Assembly: GCA_012295275.1 (NCBI GenBank)
Contig: CM022667.1
Span: 8,742,001 to 8,806,000, forward strand
DNA: 64,000 nt
DNA from: Chrysomallon squamiferum
Lineage: Eukaryota > Animalia > Mollusca
Reading direction: 5' to 3'
The stretch's first letter is position 1. Each line of letters starts with the position of its first letter. This document shows positions 11,822 to 26,410 of this stretch, piece after piece. Made by a program: the position numbers and the translations under genes. The notes below the pieces were generated by a model. It was not told where the DNA came from. It saw nothing but the letters and a program-made list of their open reading frames with translations, and did not search any database.

Positions 11822-14800
11822 GACATGAGTGTGTATGTGTTGTATAGAGAGACAGAGTCAGAGAGAAACAGACAGACAGACAGGGGTGGATGTACACACT
11901 AATCAAACATTTTTACTGTTAGGGAGGCATGAGTAATCTGCAGTCAAATTTTACTAAGGAACTGAATGAGGCTAAATTTGATTTTGAGCAAACTAGGAAA
12001 AGACTTCAGAAACAGATTGATGGTAAGCATCATTTTCACCTTCATTATTTATTTTATTTTTTTTCTTCACCTCCACACCAACTTACATAAAAACAAAAAA
12101 AAATTCTTCCAACCAAAAAATACAACATAAAATAAATATTCATTGTAAAATAGCAATTTTATAAAGTTACTTATTTTCAAATCTGAACTTTCAGCAAAAA
12201 AGATTATTAAAATATACAATGAATAGTTCATGTGTGTCTTCTGTGTCTGTATGTCTCTGTGTACTTTATTGCATCAGGTTTTGTGAAATTCATTAATCAC
12301 AGGAAAGTTGTTTCTCTTCTTCTCTTTTTTTTTTTTTTTTTTTTTTTTCAGTTCTGAACAGAAGAATTGCCGAGGTTGATAGAAAACTTGATGCTCAAAA
12401 CAAAGAACTGAAAATTCTTCTTAGCTACAAAGTAAGACACTCTAAGTTAATAACAGATTTTTTAGTTTATTATTTTAAAGATCTGTTTATAATACTTTCG
12501 ATAATTTCATTCCTATGGAATGTACAGAATTTGTTAACACTCAACCCTCCATTTAACAGATTCATATTTACCAGATTTCAAATGTTGGGAAATACTCAAA
12601 TATCCTCCAATCTCCACTGACTCAGAATTAATTTCCTATGGAATGTAAACTTAGTTCTCTGTATTTTTTTTCAGCATCTTTAGTTTTAATATTTGTGCTA
12701 TTTCTAACGCACGTCAGAAAATCTAGATTTTTTTATTTCGCAGGCAACATTTTCCCTTTTCAGTTTGTTGAATGCAGAGTTAGTCTGTAGTTTTAATGTT
12801 TTGTTTTGGATTCACAGGACAAGGAGTACCCAGTGAAAGCCATGCAGATTTCTAATCTGCAGAAGGAAATTGAGCAGCTGAGCCTTTCTTACAGGGTAAT
12901 TTAAAACAAAAAATGTTCTTGTAAGTTAGGCATAAGCACACACATGACATAAAGAATATTTACAAGATTAACAGGCCTTATAATAATACAAGCTGTTTAT
13001 TACATAATGTAACAATTTCACTTTTAAAAAATACTGTTGCAGTGCAGTTTTTCTTTATTTTGTGTATTTAATTTACAACAGTAATGATTTAATTGTACAA
13101 ACAATACCAAACACATAATCATTTACAGACATATATACATACTTGCATACACACCCATACACACATACACACCCATACACACAGACACACACACATAAAC
13201 ACACATACATATACATTTATAGATAAATAAGTATCATAAATACAATACAGATAACAAGTACAGGCAGACACACACACATAAACACACATACATATACATT
13301 TATAGATAAATAAGTATCATAAATACAATACAGATAACAAGTACAGGCAGACACACACACATATACACACACACAAAGATTCAGATGTTCACTTGTTAAT
13401 GATTGTTTTTGCAGGAAGAACAAGAAGAATTGGAACACATTATTAACCTGGAAGTCAGTAAAAATGAGAGGAAGAGAATCCAGCTGACAAACCAGATTAC
13501 CAGAAATGTTTCTGAGGTAATTTTCTGTTTATATTTTACTTGCATGATGAAAATTAAGTCACATTTTATGTTGGTAAAAATTAGGTTCTGTTTTATGTTG
13601 TTAAAAGCTGAGTTATGTTTAAAGTTCTATTTTATGTTGTTAAAAGCTGAGTTCTGTTTTAAATTCTGTTTTGGAATACATTAAGAGAGTTTATTTAAGG
13701 TGTAAAAAATGTTAATTTGAGTTAAATCTTTTGAGATAATTGTGTTTTGTGATGTATCAGAGTAACAATCGCTGTTGTTTCTATAATTATTTTGTGTTGT
13801 ATGTGAAGTGATTTTCTTGTGTTGTGTTGTATGTGAAGTGATTATTTTGTGTTGTATTTGAAGTAATTATTTTGAGTTGTTTTTGAAGTGATTATTTTTT
13901 TTTGTATGTGAAGTGAATATGTTGTGTTGTTTGTGAAGTGATTATGTTGTGTGCTATGTGAAGTGTTTTTGTTGTGTTGATGTTTGTAAATAAAATTATT
14001 ACAGTGCAAAAACATAAAAATTAAGAAAAGTTTCTGAAGAAACGTCATACTGACATGTTTTGTAACAAATGTAACTTTGGGTTCGATTTTGTTTTACACA
14101 CAGAAGAAAAATGATTCAAAACTGTAAATAATTTTATATAAGAAAAATATTATGCTGTGTTCATGTACATATTTTTTATGTTGTATATTATGATCTCCCT
14201 TCCACAAAATGTTGTATTTTGTTAACTTGGTGTTTTGTAGCAGTAGAAACTATATTGTGATGTAGCTATAGTAACATTGATTTGTAGCAGTAGTAACTGC
14301 TGTTACAGTAGTAATTTTGTGTTATAACAGCAAGAACGCTGCTTTTTAACAATAGTGACTTTCTATATTGTAACAGTATCATTAGTTTTGAAACTGTAGT
14401 AACATTATGTTTTCTAACAGTAGTAATATTTTGTTTGTAACATTAGTAACATAGCTTGGAAACACTAGTAACTGTGTTTTGTAACACAAGTAACTTTATA
14501 TACTGTAACAATGGAAATTTGTTTGTTTTCTAATGACAGTAACACCAGTAACATTATGTTTTGTGTTACATACAGTAACAATAGAAGTTTTTTTTTTTTT
14601 GTAACTCTAATAACATTGTATTTGGTATACAATAACAATGCGAAAAAAAAATCTACCAACAGTAACACTAGTAACATAGTGTTTGCACTTTTGTTTAGTA
14701 ACAATAGTTACATACTGTTACAATAGCAGTTTGTTTTGTAACAATAGTAACTGTGTGTTATGTAACTTTTTGTGTTCTATGTGTTGTGTTTGCCTAGGAT

Positions 14801-15091
14801 AGCCTAACTGAATTTCTAATAAACCAAAATGCGAGTGCTAAAAGTGATTTTTCTAATCTGATGTCCATCTGTTCATATCACATGTCTGAGAAAGAATTGA
14901 TACAGGTAACAGTGTTTTCATTTCACTCACAACATGGCAACACCACAACACACAGGTTTAATATCCAGCTGAGATATCAAAAGTTAGATCATAACATTTA
15001 TCTTGTAATTTTATATCAGCAAATTCCAAACCTTTACTTTACTGTGACCTGACTTCTTTGTGTGCTTATCCTCATACACAGTGTGTGTGTT

Positions 15092-15122
<31 letters not shown>

Positions 15123-15281
15123 GTGAGTGTGAGTGTGAGTGAGTGAGTGAGTGCAAGTGTGTATACATATATAGAAAACAGGAACCATTAGAATGTATTA
15201 TGTGGTGTTGCCTTTTCATTCTGTTTTGTTGTATTATTTTGTAGTTGTTTCACTGTGTTTATCTTTTTTATTTTTGTTGTT

Positions 15282-15316
<35 letters not shown>

Positions 15317-16143
15317 TATGTTACCTTTAATTGTGTTTAGTTTTTCAGAATTTGACAGAAATGTGTTAACTAAACTTAAAATGTTAACATCCTGAACAAT
15401 TTAAATGTTTGAATTTTTATAAGATAATAATAATAATAATAATAAAAATAAAAATAATAATAATTATTATTATTATTATCAATATAATAATGTTAAGTAA
15501 ATTTAATACATTTGGTCTACTTCCATGCAGTTGATTTGTTGGTTTTTATCCTCTTTTAAGTTATTTTAAAAATTTTATTTAATTTTAATGTATATGTATA
15601 TATATGGGGTATAGTCTAGCAGTCAGTGTTTTCTAATAATAAAATAAAATTATTAACTCATGGTATGCATGGAAGAAGCCATTTTACATCATTTCAGAAA
15701 AAGAAATGTATAAAATGACATCACCAATTATACCTTATTATTTGTAAACCAAAAAAACCAACAAACTTGGAAGTGTAAATAGTCCATATGTTCAATTTCT
15801 GACCTGCCAAATTCTGAATTTTTCAAATATAATTGTTAAAACAAATTTTTGATTTTATTTAATAATTTTTGTAGAACTGAATATTAATATCTATATGTTT
15901 ATTGAGATCAGCATTCAGGGCCAAATACAGATAAATTAATGTGTTTTACGTATACATTATATTCTTAATTTGTATTTTATGTCTATTTTCTTTATCAAAT
16001 TCAAATACATCTATGTACATATAGATATGTCTCCATATTCACAGATTAAGAAAAATAATGTCTGGCCACACACACACACAATACACACACACACACACAC
16101 ACACACTATATACACACAACATGCACATGCAAACACAACACAT

Positions 16144-16198
<55 letters not shown>

Positions 16199-17091
16199 TA
16201 ATTACACATTTTAACTGTATATTTATTTTTCTTTCCAGTCTGCTGTTGATCTGATGCACCCAAGTTTAAAAGACATGGCATTACAGAACATGGTCATGTC
16301 AAAGGTAACATCCAATGTTGTTTATAGACTTTGACTTTTACATATTTATTTAAAAATAATAACAATAATAATAATAAAAATTTAGAAAATAATAATAATA
16401 ATAAAAAAATAATAATAATAATAATAAAAAAAAAAAAAAAAAAATAAAAATAATAATAATTATAATAATATAAAATTAAAAAATATATGTATAATAACTT
16501 TAAAAAAAAAGAAGAATACTCATTCCCGACATGACCTTTTTTCATTTTTCTTTCCATGGATTATTCATGAAATGTTGATATACATAAAAGGTTTGTCATG
16601 CAGCTATATAATGTACATGTGTTGTTACAGGAAATAGATTTCCATTTAAAAGAACAGGAAGATCTGGAAAGTAGCAACAGTGTTTTAGAAGCAAGAGTTA
16701 AAGAACTTCTAGAAGACCCAAAGTCAAACATTCGTCTTCAGATGTTCCCAGAGTTCTTCCCACTCAGAGAGAAGTGAGTTTTGTTTGGTTGTGTGACTGT
16801 CAACCATTATACTTATTTGTGTCTGCTATATTTACATGTATACCATCTGTTGACATCTTAATTTCATCTCCATTATTTTGTCATTTCAGATTTATTCGTT
16901 TAGTCATCTGTTTGTTTTTCTGTTTGTTTGTTTATTTATTTTATTTTTTATTTTTTAATATTTATTTTTTTTGTTTTTATTATTGTACAGTTTAGTTTTG
17001 TATTATAACCAATTTGTGTTTTTTTTCCAGATGCTCTCCTGATATGGATGTAGTCTTGGACATTCCAACAAAAAAATGGCTGCCTATCTGA
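8593..17091 (+). CDS. C20orf96: C20orf96-like (DUF4618) coiled-coil protein, 11 coding exons; start uncertain because of a +1 frameshift near 8625
   Basis: Exons 8593-8783, 9460-9590, 10157-10215, 11461-11560, 11923-12022, 12352-12431, 12818-12895, 13415-13516, 16239-16304, 16631-16773, 17031-17091 join in phase. YKDKEYPVKAMQISNL and C-terminal KCSPDMDVVLDIPTKKWLPI* resemble vertebrate C20orf96 (..KCTPDMDVILNIP..). Confidence 0.8.
10216..11460 (+). other. U12-type (minor spliceosome) GT-AG intron in the C20orf96-like gene
   Basis: 5' site GTATCCTT at 10216-10223. Branch site TTCCTTAAC at 11444-11452. AG at 11459-11460. Flanking exons join in frame (CT|C = Leu). Confidence 0.9.
10745..11400. 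repeat. Degenerate ~21-bp minisatellite inside the U12 intron
   Basis: Recurrent (t)atactggata(c)taccacagt/att units. Explains the spurious 7-aa periodic ORFs (LDTTTVL...). Confidence 0.75.
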
Positions 17092-20000
17092 ATTGTTAGA
17101 TGAGACAGAACCATTTTAAACAAAGATAAAACTTGTACATAAATTAACGGTAAACTGCCATCAAGCTCAAATTACGAACAAAGACTGAGTCTATAAAACT
17201 CACTATAATAATACATTATTGTGTAATGTAGGTTGTTCCCCTTCTTAATGTAAATCTTTATTTTAAAAAAAAAAAATAAATAAAAAATAAATAGGTGAAA
17301 TGTTTAGTTCGTGAAATAAATTGAGAAAATTATTATGATAAAGGTGGGTGCATTTCTGGTTCATTTTGAATAGTTTGACTGATGAAAGAATATGTAACTT
17401 TGAAAATAATTGTTTCTGTAATATTTATATATTACAGGGGAATATGTAACAGCGCTTAATAAATTATTTGTTATTTAATAACTTATTAAGTTATTACTAT
17501 GACTGAATTTCATCTTGTCAAAAGTGTATATGTTAAAGGTTTTCCTTTTTTTATTTCACCCAGTATTATTTTCCAAAAGCAGAGACGACATATCTTGTTG
17601 ATTACTGTTTCTAGCATTTATCAAAATGAATTTGATCAAGACCCATTATTATATCAATTTTTTAAAGTCTTGATTGTCTAAATGTCACTAGAAGTATAAT
17701 CTTTAAAAATGTCATAGATTAAAAATGTTTTTAATCATTTGAGTTCAACAGAAGTAAGTTAGTTAAGCCAAGTTAATCAAATTATTTTAAAACTAAAAAT
17801 GTTCATTTAAAAAAAGAATAATGTTTATGACACAATGATTAATACTGAATTGATTTGACATAATATAAAAAATATATATAAAAAAATGTTTTTATTTAAA
17901 TGTTGTAACATGAGAAATGTTTGATGTTCACTTACAAATGCATTAAAAATTAGTTTTTCTTCTTGTTTAGTGAAAGTCATAAATCAAAATTATAATGATC
18001 TCTGTTTCTTGGTTGTGGTGTAATTGGAAACTTATTTAACATCTGAACTGTTAGTGTCTACAGCTGAGAAATAGATGGGTGTTTTTAAATTAAATGACTG
18101 TACATAATGATATATAATATTTAAATGTAAATAATAATATATTTTGTGTGCATAAATAATTACATGATATTGAATTAATTAAATTGTACATTTTAAAGTT
18201 CAAATCAAAATGGGTGTGTATTTTAAATATCATCTGTACATGTTCTATATGCCAAAACCTGGTGAATATAAATAAAATATTTTGATATTCTGTTTATTAA
18301 TCTTTTTGTTAGTTTTCATTTTTAATACTTTGCTGTATTTTTAAGCAAGCATCAAGGCTTATTATAACTTAATTGCTGTAGTTAAAAACATGTTAAAATG
18401 ATAACAGTAGGATTTGAAATACTTGTTTATTGACAGGAGATTGGGTAAAACTTTTTTTTTTTCTTAGTATTGTTATTATTGGGGTTTGTTGTTTTGTTTC
18501 TTTTGGATGTAACTCTTTTTTTTTTAAATATTCAACTCAAAAACTATACAAATCTCTTCTGAATGTTATTTCATAAAAATCTATGCAAGACCTTGCCCTT
18601 ACCGGTCTTTATTTATTAATATTTTTGTTTTCATTCAGGAACTTATGTTCTATCAGTTGATAATTGGTAATTGGTAAAAACAAAAAGTAACTGATTTTTC
18701 ATTCAAAGTAAACAAATGTACTTAATTTCCAGTCAGTATGTTATGACTGTTTCAGTTTCACACTTAATCAGCTTTATTGCCAAATAATAACTAAACAGTG
18801 ACAGCCAAATTAAAAAAAGGTGAAAGGGAGAAAATCCTGTTCCCCTTTCCTGGGATCTATTAACAAATACATCTTTGTGATAATCGTCATTACGAATTTA
18901 TTTATGTTCCTGTCTAACAACTTTTGAGTACTTGACAAATAACAAATAAATTAATTCTCCGTGAAGGACCCAATTACTAAAACAAAACAAAACAAAACAA
19001 AATGACCTTGACAGGACCTCATAGGTTTATTCTATAGTGTAACAGATGTTTAACAATTATTTTTCTGGATTTCGTACAGTAAGCATTTGTCTACTTGCAC
19101 ATTTAAAAAACTTAGAAACTAGCACACTATGTTCCATGAACATCACTAGAAAAGCATCTCAAATATTATTATATTTTTATTTTTGACAAAATGTAGAACA
19201 CAAAAACTGTACCAAGAACCAAAAAAACTCATTCTGAACACTTTGATTTTAGCCAGCATTTTATTTTATGTTGATTAAAGTAATCCAAGTCAAATGCTAA
19301 ATTTATATGTAAATTAAATTATTATTTTTAAAATGAAAAATTAATGTGCAGCTAATCAGTAAACCAAAATTATTAAACCGACCACTGCAGATAATTAGGT
19401 TAAGCAGTGACACCAGCCAAACTCTGTCACACCTCAGTTCATACTGAATACACAAACAAGATGCATTTACTAACAACAGCATTTTTTCCATCAACACTCA
19501 TCTTATAAAAATAATTTCCATCCTAGCACAGAAACATTTTTTCATTCATTTTACAAGATGGTGTCTGCAGTGATCTTTCTGATTTAGTCAGGGTGAGTTT
19601 TCTTGGGTTCGAGATTTACATTTACAACAAACGATTACCGAGATCCTATCAAAGACTACAAATTAAAGTTTGATGCAGAAAACTGTCCTTTTTGGTGGCT
19701 GATATCATTAAATAAACTTAGCAGCTTTCTTGCTACTTTAAAATCACAAGATATTCATTTTCTATCTTTTCTCTTTCCTCCCAAAATTTGATAAATACAC
19801 AAAGATTCACTTGGAAGTCAAGGCCAGAAAGTATTAAATAATAATAATAAAAAAGGAATAATCAAATTCCTTGATATATAATAAAACATCTCAACACAAA
19901 ATTCGTTTTGTATATACTTTTATGTGGTTTTAAACACTTGAAAATGAAAACCAAAAAAAACCAATTTATCGGTAAGTTTCTTTTTTTATTTTTGTTCTCA

Positions 20001-20204
20001 CAAATATGTAAAAATTCAAGTTTGACATAGATAAAGTGCAATATTACTTCTATCACGAATAAGTACATTTCAAGTACAAGATGCAATTTTTTTCTTTTTT
20101 CCCCCAATGATAAAAATTGTCCAATAGTGACCACTCGTCTAGATTAGTAAATAAACATTATTGGCAACAAATTCTACATCAAAAAGGTTGTCCTAGATAA
20201 TGCT

Positions 20205-21928
20205 TTATTTCCATTGACCTTTCTCGAAATCGTATTCAGATGAGAATCCTGTGACACGCCCTTGTCTCTGAGCCAGCATCTTGTCCACGGTCTGGTACTG
20301 CCAGTCTCTCGTGATGGTGTGGGGTGGGGTCTTGTACACTGAAAAGTCAAGCGAAAATTTGTCTTATTCAGTGTATAGTTGTGAATGTGTGATAAGACAG
20401 CGTATCTCACTCTTGCATACGTATTTGTATGTTTACGTGTATGTATCTGTGTGAATAGTTCACAGCTACTGGGTCAACATAATTATCAGTTAAAATATGT
20501 TAAAATCGTATTCTTATGAAATGTTATTAATGGTAACAACTTTTTTACAACTGAGTTTTTATAACAAATCTGCTGCAAATGAAAGGGATCTGATAATAAC
20601 TATTATTCTCAAAAAAAAACCCAAAAAGTCCTGCTTAATCTGTCTTGCTTTATCCTAAATCTAATAACAGAATGGAATTTGTTTGTAGCAATTGTTAAAT
20701 AATTACCAAATGTCTTAAACCAGATGAAGACCCAGGCAGAAACGGACAAGCCTAACAAAACAGCGGCCATCACAGACTTCCATTCTCCAGTTGGTGCTTT
20801 CATCTCAGCAAATGTCTGGCAGAAACTAGCTCTGTACACTTAAAATAAAGAAATTTCTTTTAAAAAGAGCAGCAGTAAAATAAGATTCAAAACAGAGCAA
20901 CACTCTGCATACATAAAAGCAAAGTTTATACACTTAATGCAGAGAAAATTAATTTTAATAATTTATCAAATTGTGATGAAGAATTCGTCATAGAAAATCC
21001 AACAGCAATTTATTTCATAATCAACAAAGCTTTAAAAAAAATAATAAATAATAAAAAAAGATATTTGTGACTGATGTGTAACAACATAGGCAGTTAATTA
21101 GACAAATGATAGATGTCTAAATTTCCACAAAATTATATGTAAATCATGTCATTAGAATATTAAGTGAAATTTATATATACATACATGTTAAAGTCAATCT
21201 GTGAAACCAGTCATTATGCGTAACACCCTAAATAAATCAGTTACTTCGCAATAAGCGTAACATATATATATAAAAATCTAGTAGATTATTAGGAACACTA
21301 TTTCTTCTTTACCTTCAGTGATAAAGCTCAGATTAAAATGAAACTGTAAAAACATTGTAACTAAGTCTGGCTTACTAGGACAATTTCATTAAAAAAAATA
21401 ATTTGAAAAAGAACAGCAAATTCTGCTTACATTCTTTCTTTTCATCCAGGGTTAAAGCTTTCCAGTCGCCTTTTTCTTTTTCTCTCAAAGCCAGAACGTC
21501 AGGTGTGTTTTCCTTGAAGCGAATGGCGGGGCAGGGAAATTCTTCCCTGTCAGCGTATGAACCAGTTCCATTGAAACCGTAACCAACAATATCTCGGTTA
21601 CCTGAAATATAGCCATAAATAATAATAACAATAACAGTAAAGTGTGCGGTAGATTGATGTAAATAATTTTTTGATAGATTTATGATACATCTTGTATTTC
21701 ACAAATTTTGTCTTAGATAATATCAGTTTTCACATATGAAACAAAAACCCTCAATATTTTAGAAATCTGTATATTAAGCTGTAAAGCGTGTATACCTATT
21801 TTGGGGTATATTCTGTCTCTGGATTGAGTGTCTAGTGAGACTTCTTTTCCAGTGGTGGCTGCTGAGCAAAGAGCTCTCTGAGACAGCTTCACACTTCTTA
21901 CAGCAGCTCGGATCATGGGACCATTCAT
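20205..21928 (-). CDS. COX4: Cytochrome c oxidase subunit 4, mitochondrial precursor
   Basis: Exons 21928-21796, 21601-21431, 20838-20707, 20338-20205. Arg-rich presequence, then YPKIGNRDIVGYGFNG..Y.DR..FP.PAIRF, LREKEKGDWKALT.DEKKELYRASFCQTFAEMKAPTGEWK, one TM helix, YDFEKGQWK*. Confidence 0.96.
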
Positions 21929-23067
21929 TTTGCTGTGAAAAAAAAAATTAAAAATAAAAAATCCTTAAAATTATTAATAAAAAAATATTTTTTTTTAGTA
22001 AATTGAAAAATAAAATTATAATCTTTTTAAAAGAAACTTCTGTTAAATCAAAATTGTTGCTGAAATTATACTTTGGTATATGAAATGTAGAATGGTCTTT
22101 TGTTGTTAATGAAATAAAACGTTTTGTCCAAGATTCATTTACATAAATAACGTTTCTTCTCTTTTGTTTAATTTCTTTCAGTTTTAAATTAAATAGTATT
22201 AAATACTATTAAATTTTTAAAATATAAGATTTAAAATATCAACTATTTTATTATTTTGGAAAAAATGCTTTATGTACGATTGGATATAATAAAATTCTGT
22301 AAACGTGTGTCTTTAAATTACCAATGTTGATTTGTACTTTAATCAATTTCTTCAGATCTGCATGTCGGAATTGGAAAAAAAATGTTTACGCTGTTTCATA
22401 TTGATAATAAGAAGAATAATAATTAAAATAATATCGAGTTATCGAAACAGTTAACCTTTCCCAAGTCTCATTTACTTTTTAACCTTTGAAGTCCACCTTG
22501 GATTCGCTGTTAATTAATCCAGTAACATATTTGGTTTCATTTTGTTTTATACATTTATAACATCCTAATAAATATTAATATTTAAGTAAAAATTAATTCG
22601 GTTAACTTTTTTTAATTACTTAAAGTGTATTTGTAACTCTATGATTATTGCGTCAACAGACGTGACGGCTTCAACGTAGAAAGCTATAAATATTTGATTA
22701 GAGGTATTATGGTAGGTTTTAAATATATATTTTGGGGTAATTAGTATAAGTATGATAAGACATCAATGAATAAATAATAATCTTTAAATTATTTTAACTG
22801 CAGAACTTCAATCTTTTTGTTTACAGTTGAACGTGATCTGTTTAGCATAACGTTACTAGTAGATTCTTCGAGTTTGACCTTGTCCGACCGGCGTGCACAC
22901 ATTTTGTCACTAAACATTTTTTGAATGGGAATAATTTGTCGTAAGTTTCAGAATAATATACAAAATAACCACTTACGTTTACCATTCATCAAACAAAATC
23001 TTACGGTGAAGATTTTAGTCACAAAATTGAATATAAACTCACCCCTGTTCACGATGGTACCGAATGA

Positions 23068-23105
23068 CGGAAGTAAAAGGAAACGCCGATCTTTCTCGCG
23101 AGAAA
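23068..23105. promoter_or_regulatory. CpG-containing promoter motifs upstream of COX4: ETS-like CGGAAGT and palindrome TTTCTCGCGAGAAA
   Basis: CGGAAGT at 23068-23074. TCTCGCGAGA core within a perfect 14-bp palindrome at 23092-23105, a known housekeeping-promoter motif (BANP/ZBTB33-type) in vertebrates. Confidence 0.5.
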
Positions 23106-23598
23106 TGACGAGAATATGAAAGGGTAATGTTTCCCAAAGCCACAGTCGCAGTTAAGGGATTAATGCTTTTTATATGTGTGATCTGACAAAGCTGATGCAA
23201 TACCGATCTTCGATACGAGTGCATGAAATACTACTTCCCCTTTCAGCCGTTAAAGAATAAAACTATTAAATAAACATATGATTCGTAATGTATAATCACC
23301 TTAGTCAATGAAATCGGGGGAAAAAAATAAAAATAATAATACTAACAAATTATAAAATAATAATGATAATAAATAAAAAATATAAAATAAAATAAACAAA
23401 TACAATTAAATATTAATAAATAAATAAAGACAAACAATTATATAACCGATTAATTTTTCGTGTATGCTATTCATATGATACGATGTGGGGTATTTGGAAT
23501 GTATCGAGGTGATAAATGTGATTACTTCCACACACAAAGGCAACCTCGCGCGCTCTCCTGTTTATGTGTAAGAAAGTAATGTTTTAAAGTTAAATGTA

Positions 23599-23637
<39 letters not shown>

Positions 23638-23716
23638 AAATTTTGAAATATACCTAGGTCTCCTGTTCAGACTGTTCGATAGATTCCGATTCAGGCGTGG
23701 AACCAATGGATTATCT

Positions 23717-23760
<44 letters not shown>

Positions 23761-23772
23761 AATTTAAAAGAT

Positions 23773-24058
23773 TGCATTTTAGATCTTATTACATATTATG
23801 TCATTGTTTATTTCATTCATAATTACTAATTCTGTTTTGACAAATATAAATGAAATCAGACCGGAAACTGTGTAGTTTTGCAACAGCATCTATCGGTCGT
23901 TAACAATACAATTTATCTACAAACTGTTTTATCACTTTATATATCTACTGGTTCTTCGTCTGAATCGACATCCATAGACTCGTTTTCTTTCATTATTTCG
24001 TCAGTGTCCATAGATTTCTCAGTACAAAATCTGGAAACAGTTTGGTTCACACTGTATT
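23773..24058 (-). repeat. Left arm of a ~290-bp inverted duplication (partner 27450-27742)
   Basis: Reverse complement aligns with 27450-27742, e.g. CTGACGAAATAATGAAAGAAAACGAGTCT and GTAGATAAATTGTATTGTTAAC are identical. Confidence 0.9.
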
Positions 24059-24085
24059 CTAATTACATTTTATTGAATAGTTTTA

Positions 24086-24137
<52 letters not shown>

Positions 24138-25211
24138 CAAATTGTTTATTTATATTTTATTTCACTATGAGTATTATCACTTTTATTTATCATTTTATTT
24201 TGTTGTGTGTGTGCGTGCGTGTGTATGTGTCCGAAAACTATGCGGACTGTTTTGTCGGCCGAAGTCATTTACATCGGTCTTGGTTTGCTAAGAATTCAGC
24301 TGAAAAATCCCCACTCTTCATCGTAATAAATAAAGGTTAGTTACAGATATATAACATGTAGACAACATGTTAACAGATAACTAAGTACTCATGCTAATTT
24401 ATTATTAATTGTAATTTAATTTTAACGTTTGCTACGAATTCGGTCGAAGAACTGTGTTTAAACTTCATCGAAAAAAATAATAAATAAATAAATAATAACA
24501 ACAACATATAATAATAATAACAATAATTTTTTTAAAATTATTGTTATTATTTATATATTTGTTTGTTTATTATTATTATTATTATTCCGCGCAATAAAGG
24601 TAAAACATTATCTGTTCGTTTCAGTACGAAGACAAAATTAAATCAGTTGTTTAGAAATGACTACTCATGTGTCACGGTTGACCTAGATAGAAATTACTAT
24701 GGATATTTTTGCTCAATGAAGAGATGCATGCCAGAAAGTCGATACTTTTTTTTAATTTTTTTTTATGCCTGTATCATATAAGACACAGTTATCCATTTAA
24801 TATATAAATTTGGAACTAAAACTATTAATAATGATGAAAATTAAATGAAACAAAATAAAGTACATAACAGTTCATTGATCTTGCAGCCTCCATTTGACTA
24901 ACAATAACATTTTTGTCATGATTTCGCGCACTGATGAAAAGTTGATTATTTGTGAAACAAAAAATACGTAAAATAAAAAACTAAATACAAAATACGTAAC
25001 GTTACTAGAATTGTACGCATCTTTTCGATATACTGGCTCAGAATAATCGTGGATTTATTATAAATAAACTTCCTGAATGTGCGACGCGACCTACGTGCCT
25101 ATTTTTTCTGCGCGTTGTCCTGTTTGGGAACGAGTCCTTCGAACCTGACAGCGGTAGAAAGTAGTTTATGTTCGTTACCTGCTCGTTCTGATAGTCGTAA
25201 CAAATACCAGC

Positions 25212-25247
<36 letters not shown>

Positions 25248-25248
25248 A

Positions 25249-25294
<46 letters not shown>

Positions 25295-25722
25295 GAGTAC
25301 GTAATGTTTCAGGAAGCATATTTTATTAATCAGATTTTTTCTTTATAATCTGTTAAACGAGAAATAAAATAAAATTTCCGAGATTTATCAAGTATGTGGA
25401 CAGAGTTGGACCAACATACGAAACTGTACCTGGACTTTAATCTGTGTAGGTGTAATAATTACAGTAGCTGGAGGAAAACTCCACGCCTAGATAAGATATT
25501 GTTTTATGTCGGTTAAAACTATAGACTGTCAACTAACCATTACGTAACACGAACTGTCTCCGCAGGCTCTATCTTGTATTTATCATATGACTGTCAGTGG
25601 TAATATGATATTACCTTACGAAGTGTATATAATTATAAATGCACTGTGTCGGTACAGTCAGTAGTGTACAGTGGTTAAACTAACGATGGTAAGTTTAACT
25701 GTAACACACCCCAATGTGGCCC

Positions 25723-25787
<65 letters not shown>

Positions 25788-25965
25788 TATGAAACAATGA
25801 AAATACTCTTCGAAAAAAGTGTTGATTAAAACCTTCTCTTTCAGCACGACATTTTTAACATATACTAATTAAGGCGTATCTATTATTTATCAGTTACATC
25901 TATTTAAATATAATTATATCAGTATTATTGCTTTTTATAAAAGTCATATATCTGCATATGAGGGC

Positions 25966-26010
<45 letters not shown>

Positions 26011-26126
26011 CGTGCGAGAGAGGGAGAGATGAGATGAGACATTAAAAATAAACCTAAAATAACAAGAACCAAAAATATAACGTCATTACCCCATATACAT
26101 TATATAATTAAATACCACAATAGAAC

Positions 26127-26162
<36 letters not shown>

Positions 26163-26349
26163 AAAAAAACAAACAAAAAAAACAACAAAATAAACAAAAA
26201 AAAACCCACAAAAAACCCCGAATATATAGATAAATATATCTGTCATTCTTCATTTAAAATACCAGTAACCTCCAATGTAAACAAATAAATCTAGGTCATT
26301 TCTATTATTATTATTATTATTGTTATTATTATTGTTATTATTATTATTA

Positions 26350-26410
<61 letters not shown>

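Noticed and set aside
20174-20410. Possible frameshift or extended COX4 C-terminus
   Set aside because: Recounting the A run gives GAG AAA GGT CAA TGG AAA TAA, a normal end; the listed ORF is an off-frame reading of exon 4.
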